Below, one piece after another: positions 27,206-32,000 of a stretch of DNA of 32,000 bases. The notes beneath the pieces are model-generated. The model saw only the letters and a program-made list of their open reading frames with translations, made no database searches and was not told where the DNA came from. Origin of the DNA: an archaeon (GTDB lineage Archaea > Asgardarchaeota > Thorarchaeia > Thorarchaeales > Thorarchaeaceae). Where the stretch lies: positions 30,001 through 62,000 of the forward strand of contig JAJRZD010000042.1 of NCBI GenBank assembly GCA_024275415.1. Reading direction: 5' to 3'. Position 1 is the stretch's first letter, and every line of letters begins with the position of its first letter. Position numbers and translations under genes: made by a program.

Positions 27206-29872
27206 ATGAGTTACTTCGAACTTGGTACATCAAATAAAGTTCTAGTCTTTTGCTTTGTCCTGTCATGCTTAATCCCATCTATGACGTATATTCTAATAGA
27301 TACTTCAGCAGGAGCTAACTGGATAAAATCCATTGAGAACTTGCCAATAGATGCATCAATTATAACTACGAAGAAACAAGATCAAATTCTTCAGACGGCA
27401 CGAGGATTAGAAGTCGTAGCAAGCATCGAGAAGAGCATACTTGGATATTTACAAGTGAATGCTACAGAAACGCTCGCTACTACTCAGTATGGATCAGTAG
27501 AGTATTTTGGCTTATTTCCAAGATTGGTTTCTCTCATATCAGGACATCTTCCGATGAATTCTTCTGAGGTTGCCATTGAGATTAATTATTCTCGATATCA
27601 TGGTTTCAATCTGAGTGACGTTCTAAGTTTCGGGAATAATGAATCTACGTCATTTGATATCGTAGGTTTCTTCGAGATAAAATCCAAGCATCCATACTCA
27701 GGGGGCTTATTGAATGGTCGTCCAACTATTATCTTAGATATGTCATCATTCGAAAAAACCAGAAACCTGCTAGAAACTTATCGGTTCTTTTATGATATCG
27801 ATATAAAGAATGAATTACTTACTCCTATTGTCTACGATTCGCTAGACACGATCCTTAAAGAGATTTCAGAACCTATCATACAAATTGGATCTGCCTATGG
27901 AGAAACAGAAATTCATATCCTAAGGGTTTTTCAGGAGTTTGAGATACAACAGGAGTTAGCAAATAGGCAGCTTGTTTACATCGAGATGCCAACATGGGTA
28001 GTTACAGTTGTTCTTGTATCGATGGGCGTTCACTATGTTCAGGCTTCACATCAATCATTGATTCGTGTTTTCAAGTCGAGGGGTGCAAGCCACCGACAAA
28101 TTATACGATTTGAACAACGAAATCTTGTCAAGAGCTTTTTTACGGGTGCACCACTTGGAATAATTATGGGCAGTGTACTTGCACTCGTAATGGCTACTAT
28201 AAGCAATATGACCGATGAATCAGCCATTGAAACCATCACACCCTTGTTCATTTCATCTAGGTCAATCATCAATATTCTATCTCTTGGATTTGTTCTACCA
28301 TGGGTCATTTGGATGATAATATTCTTTATCTCTGATATTCAAAGAACCTCAAAGAGAATTTCTGATTCTGGTTTGAATGACTATTTGATAAAGGGGCTAT
28401 TAGTGACATTATTCTTTGTTGGAATGGTTAGCATCGTTCTTTCGATATCTTCCAAGATACGGCCTTCTCAGAATCCTTGGATTGTGAATGGATTATTGAT
28501 GGGTAGTATCCTTGTGACTCCGCCAATCATTTGGATTGCTTGGAAAAGTATTGCTCACATTGGATTCAAGTCGAGGTCTAGTAGCGATATACGAACAAAG
28601 AGGATGTCATCTCTTTTAGGTTCAGCTAGAGTAATCTTGGTTAGGAAAAGGATGTTAGTTACAGTCACGGTGGTAACACTGGCAATATCATCCTCACTCA
28701 TAGTAGGAAATGTCAGTGAGATGGTTATCATATCTCGCATCAATCAAGCACGCCAAGTTCTTGGAAGCGATGTCACATTTACGGTATTCCCTTCGAAACT
28801 GGAAGACTTGGAAGAAAATCTGATACGGCTTCGGAGTATTGAATATGTAAAAGATGCGACCTACGTCACATATCGTCAAGCTAAAGTGGGCGACGAATTG
28901 TATGCAGATTTGATAGGGATAAGACCAATTGAATTCGGTAAAACCGTATATACACAGCTTGGAAAGGATATGGAGGACTCGGCTATCAAGCCATATTTAG
29001 ATGTGATGAAGAATACGACCAATGGCTTGATAATAAGCCAAGACTTGGCAGACATTCTTCATGTTTCGATTGGAGATACATTACGAGCGGCTCTGTTTGT
29101 TCAGCAAGAAGGGGATTTTCTTCATATCCCTGTGGATTTCCTCATTCTATTCATATCCGAAGAGTTGACGAATCCGGAATTGCTTATGGAATACAATAAC
29201 AACCACGAACTGATTTCAGAGAATCTTGGAAAGCGAATAATGTGGGCAAATATGGAATACATTCTAAGCTTGTCAGATTTTGATATCTCTTATGGCATTA
29301 TATTAGCAAAGACAGATAGCCATGTTCAGGAAGACCAACTTGCTGAACTCATCAGTGATATCAATATTGAAAACTATAGTCCAAAGGGGTATTCAGCGTG
29401 GGTCTACGCTAATCCAGCCGAGATCATCTATGTTGATTCACTGAGAAGAACTGTTGGGACAGTAGCACTAGTTGGGACTTTTATCGTGTGCTTCACCCTA
29501 CCATTGGTATATTTTCACTCTGACCGGGAATCAAGAGATCGTGAGATTGCCATACTCAAAGCGCTAGGAGTGTTGGATTCATCAATATTCAAATCATACT
29601 TCATCGAGTTCCTATATCTTGTGTTGGTAATGATGGAGTTGCTTGTTCTATTTATCCCTGTGTTCTTAATGACATCACTTACGATTGGAATCGATGGGGC
29701 CTGGAATTATGTTAGGTTGGAAACAAACATCCTGTATGCATATCTACTAGCTCCGATAGCGGTATTCTTGTTTGCGGGCATCCTATCCATAATATTCAGT
29801 CTGAGGAAACGCTCAGAATCTATTAGATTGATGTTACGCAGACAAGAGATGTATCATTTGGAGGAATGGTAA
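27206..29872 (+). CDS. MacB/FtsX-type ABC transporter permease (two repeats in one chain)
   Basis: Two TM + extracytoplasmic domain + TM-cluster units; FKSRGAS..QI, LGSDV, IGDTL, RDREIAILKALG motifs. Confidence 0.88.
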   Translation: MSYFELGTSNKVLVFCFVLSCLIPSMTYILIDTSAGANWIKSIENLPIDASIITTKKQDQILQTARGLEVVASIEKSILGYLQVNATETLATTQYGSVEYFGLFPRLVSLISGHLPMNSSEVAIEINYSRYHGFNLSDVLSFGNNESTSFDIVGFFEIKSKHPYSGGLLNGRPTIILDMSSFEKTRNLLETYRFFYDIDIKNELLTPIVYDSLDTILKEISEPIIQIGSAYGETEIHILRVFQEFEIQQELANRQLVYIEMPTWVVTVVLVSMGVHYVQASHQSLIRVFKSRGASHRQIIRFEQRNLVKSFFTGAPLGIIMGSVLALVMATISNMTDESAIETITPLFISSRSIINILSLGFVLPWVIWMIIFFISDIQRTSKRISDSGLNDYLIKGLLVTLFFVGMVSIVLSISSKIRPSQNPWIVNGLLMGSILVTPPIIWIAWKSIAHIGFKSRSSSDIRTKRMSSLLGSARVILVRKRMLVTVTVVTLAISSSLIVGNVSEMVIISRINQARQVLGSDVTFTVFPSKLEDLEENLIRLRSIEYVKDATYVTYRQAKVGDELYADLIGIRPIEFGKTVYTQLGKDMEDSAIKPYLDVMKNTTNGLIISQDLADILHVSIGDTLRAALFVQQEGDFLHIPVDFLILFISEELTNPELLMEYNNNHELISENLGKRIMWANMEYILSLSDFDISYGIILAKTDSHVQEDQLAELISDINIENYSPKGYSAWVYANPAEIIYVDSLRRTVGTVALVGTFIVCFTLPLVYFHSDRESRDREIAILKALGVLDSSIFKSYFIEFLYLVLVMMELLVLFIPVFLMTSLTIGIDGAWNYVRLETNILYAYLLAPIAVFLFAGILSIIFSLRKRSESIRLMLRRQEMYHLEEW

Positions 29873-32000
29873 TTGTTTCTATCTGAAAGAGTGACATTCA
29901 ACACTAATATTACTATTCTCGGAATAGTATCGTGGTTACTACTATCATCCGCCGTTAGTGGAAGTATTACTATTATCGCGATATTTGAGTCGAACATCAC
30001 AATGGATTATTTAGATTCAGTATCATTGGACATTGGTGTCAGTGCACAGAAAGAGTACAAAACTCAAACTACGATGAAGATTGGCGATGTGGTTGCGATA
30101 ATTGAACGACTGGGAATGTCCAATCGAGTAGAAGCTATCGGTCGATTATTGGTGTCAACTAGTTCAATTTCATGGAACCCTATTACACTAATAGGAGTCA
30201 ATGACTCCTTTTTTTATTCATTCGATGATTCCTTCACAATTCAAACCTCATCTAGTCTTGACCCATACTCGTGCATAGTGGATCTCGAATACTTATTGGA
30301 ACAGGGACTTCATATCGGAGATAACATCACATTGACACTTTTCGGAACTAACGAGAATGAGAAAAGCATCTCAAAGGAGTTTCGAATAATTGGAACATAT
30401 GATTCGACATTCTTGGATGCAGAGAAGAAAATTAATCCATATGATGACTGGATTGAGCCAAGAATAATTACTTCATATAATGGAGTTCGTGCTAGATACA
30501 ATGATAGCTATTTTGGAGAGTCAAATGGTGTCAATGTGGATATTCTCATAAGAATCCGAAGGGACTTGCTAATTGGTAAGGATGTAGATCACATACTTGG
30601 TTTTATTCAGGAAACGCAAAGTGAAATTGATCAATTGCTATTACCGTACTTCTTTGTCTATTTGAGCGGACTTGAGGATGCTATATCTTCGTTGGAGGGT
30701 TGGAGGAATGCTGCGTATGGACTGTTTGGAGTTGTTTTCTTGCCAGGGGTAATATCATCTTTTTTGCTCACAATTTCCTATTTATCATTCCATAAAGTGA
30801 ATTCTTCAAAACGCTTTGTTGAATGGCGAGGCGCAAGTAAAAAACAAAGAGCGCTATGGGAGTGTACACCTTTTATCTTCTGTGGAGTTACTGGTATTCT
30901 CATCTCAATTGTCATAGATGTTGTTCTAATATACGCACTTCTGAATACTCGATCATTAAACTATATTCTTAATATTGCATCCACAGCATCCTTACCTGCA
31001 TCATTCTTATTGCTAGTGCCATTACTTGTTATAACTGGATCGTATTTTCTGTGGGATGAAATCAAAAAGAAGCCCACTATCAGATTCGCAAACTGGCACA
31101 AGATGTTCTTCTCCACGGTTTTCATTCTATTGCTTGTGTATAGTGGGGTTTCAGTAAGCATCCTCTCACAATCTTTTTGGTCAAACCTTGGATATTCTGC
31201 AACATATATTGTTACGTACCAACTAATCCTATCACTTGTTGTATTCTTAGTTCTAGGAATCTCAGGATTCGCAGTCGTTGGAAGGAACATGTATTCATCG
31301 ATAATGCATTATATCGGCTTTAGAAAGCAGAATATTCTATTTCGCATCATTGTTCGTAGATTATCAAGAAATGGGATTAGATTCATTTTGTCATTGTTCT
31401 TTATCATCCTCGTTACTGCATCTATAGGATATGGGCAGATAATTTCTCAAACTTCTCACAGACACATCCATGATACAATTTGGTTCTCAAATGGAGCTGA
31501 CCTTCGAGTGACCAGCGATTCAGACCCTGATTCGATTCTTCAGGTTCTTGATAACTCGAATAGTATCAGCTCAATGAGCAAGGTAGACATCTACCAAGCA
31601 TACTTTCTAAGTCAGGGTGAGATGGTACACACTTTACTATTTGGGCTTTCCGAATCGTGGTGGGATACTGTATTTCTACGAGATGATTTCTTTATTGGTC
31701 AAAGTCAGCAAAATGCAAGGGATGCCTTTCTCAAAAGTAACTTTTCGGCAATAACTAACTTTGGCAAAGTCATCGGGTTCGACTCAACAGGGCCGTTAGT
31801 AGACAACTCCGTACAGCTCTTTCTAACAGAAAACTCATCAGATTACATATCTTTGAATGTCGTAGATAGATTAGCTTTCTTTGATATTGAATCAATGTCA
31901 TTTAGTCAGAGTTTCCTGCCAGGTCATCCAAGGTTCTCGGGAAATTTCATTTTGGTTCGTGACATGGTTTTTGAGTCGTTCAACATTTCAGCAAGCAGTT
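29873..32000 (+). CDS. Second MacB/FtsX-type ABC permease; 3' end lies beyond the window
   Basis: Hand translation from TTG 29873 (GGAGG RBS). No stop was found in the lines read, which include the last ones up to 32000. ITLIGV, GLHIGDNITL, F.IIG.Y, WRGASK.Q, NGADLRV and multiple TM helices. Missing from the ORF track because it has no stop. Confidence 0.85.
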   Translation, partial: MFLSERVTFNTNITILGIVSWLLLSSAVSGSITIIAIFESNITMDYLDSVSLDIGVSAQKEYKTQTTMKIGDVVAIIERLGMSNRVEAIGRLLVSTSSISWNPITLIGVNDSFFYSFDDSFTIQTSSSLDPYSCIVDLEYLLEQGLHIGDNITLTLFGTNENEKSISKEFRIIGTYDSTFLDAEKKINPYDDWIEPRIITSYNGVRARYNDSYFGESNGVNVDILIRIRRDLLIGKDVDHILGFIQETQSEIDQLLLPYFFVYLSGLEDAISSLEGWRNAAYGLFGVVFLPGVISSFLLTISYLSFHKVNSSKRFVEWRGASKKQRALWECTPFIFCGVTGILISIVIDVVLIYALLNTRSLNYILNIASTASLPASFLLLVPLLVITGSYFLWDEIKKKPTIRFANWHKMFFSTVFILLLVYSGVSVSILSQSFWSNLGYSATYIVTYQLILSLVVFLVLGISGFAVVGRNMYSSIMHYIGFRKQNILFRIIVRRLSRNGIRFILSLFFIILVTASIGYGQIISQTSHRHIHDTIWFSNGADLRVTSDSDPDSILQVLDNSNSISSMSKVDIYQAYFLSQGEMVHTLLFGLSESWWDTVFLRDDFFIGQSQQNARDAFLKSNFSAITNFGKVIGFDSTGPLVDNSVQLFLTENSSDYISLNVVDRLAFFDIESMSFSQSFLPGHPRFSGNFILVRDMVFESFNISASS

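Larger units (their letters stand above)
25200..32000. other. AT-rich accessory region next to the tRNA
   Basis: Sampled 60-nt lines give ~32-38% GC versus ~50% in core genes; contains an IS remnant, hypothetical exported proteins and transporters. Confidence 0.65.

Noticed and set aside
29870-29872. Recoding (Sec/Pyl) read-through between the two permeases
   Set aside because: The stop is TAA, not TGA or TAG, and the second gene has its own GGAGG RBS.
1-32000. CRISPR array, rRNA or long tandem repeats
   Set aside because: No regularly spaced repeats or rRNA-like sequence seen; intergenic gaps are short and accounted for.

Overview
Archaeal chromosomal window, most likely an Asgard archaeon such as Thorarchaeia (inference from the protein repertoire, not a database match). 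Positions 1-25175 are a housekeeping core of about 50% GC in sampled lines. The core holds a PolB1-type DNA polymerase that runs off the left edge and is absent from the ORF track, a PPC/DUF296 protein, a HIT hydrolase, a cytoplasmic GIFT-domain/coiled-coil protein, a GT-C glycosyltransferase and the nurA-herA-mre11-rad50 repair operon. It continues with an MBL-fold protein, a 593-aa acidic multi-beta-sandwich protein, a DUF1998 helicase-arcS-raSEA operon, two thioredoxins, a gamma-carbonic-anhydrase-like protein, an M24-fold protein and tRNA-Arg(GCG) with a 33-nt D-loop intron. From about 25200 to the end the DNA is more AT-rich (about 32-38% GC in sampled lines). That part encodes two divergent paralogous exported beta proteins separated by an IS481-like remnant, then two large MacB/FtsX-type permeases, the second running off the right edge. 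Strongest leads: (1) the 593-aa protein aligns by eye to mu-adaptin/delta-COP mu-homology domains; (2) three metalloenzyme folds within 12 kb have lost metal ligands, and the M24 one shows Spt16-like substitutions; (3) an IFT52-like soluble GIFT protein; (4) the exported-paralog plus dual-permease module. All family calls are by motif recognition from memory; no searches were run.
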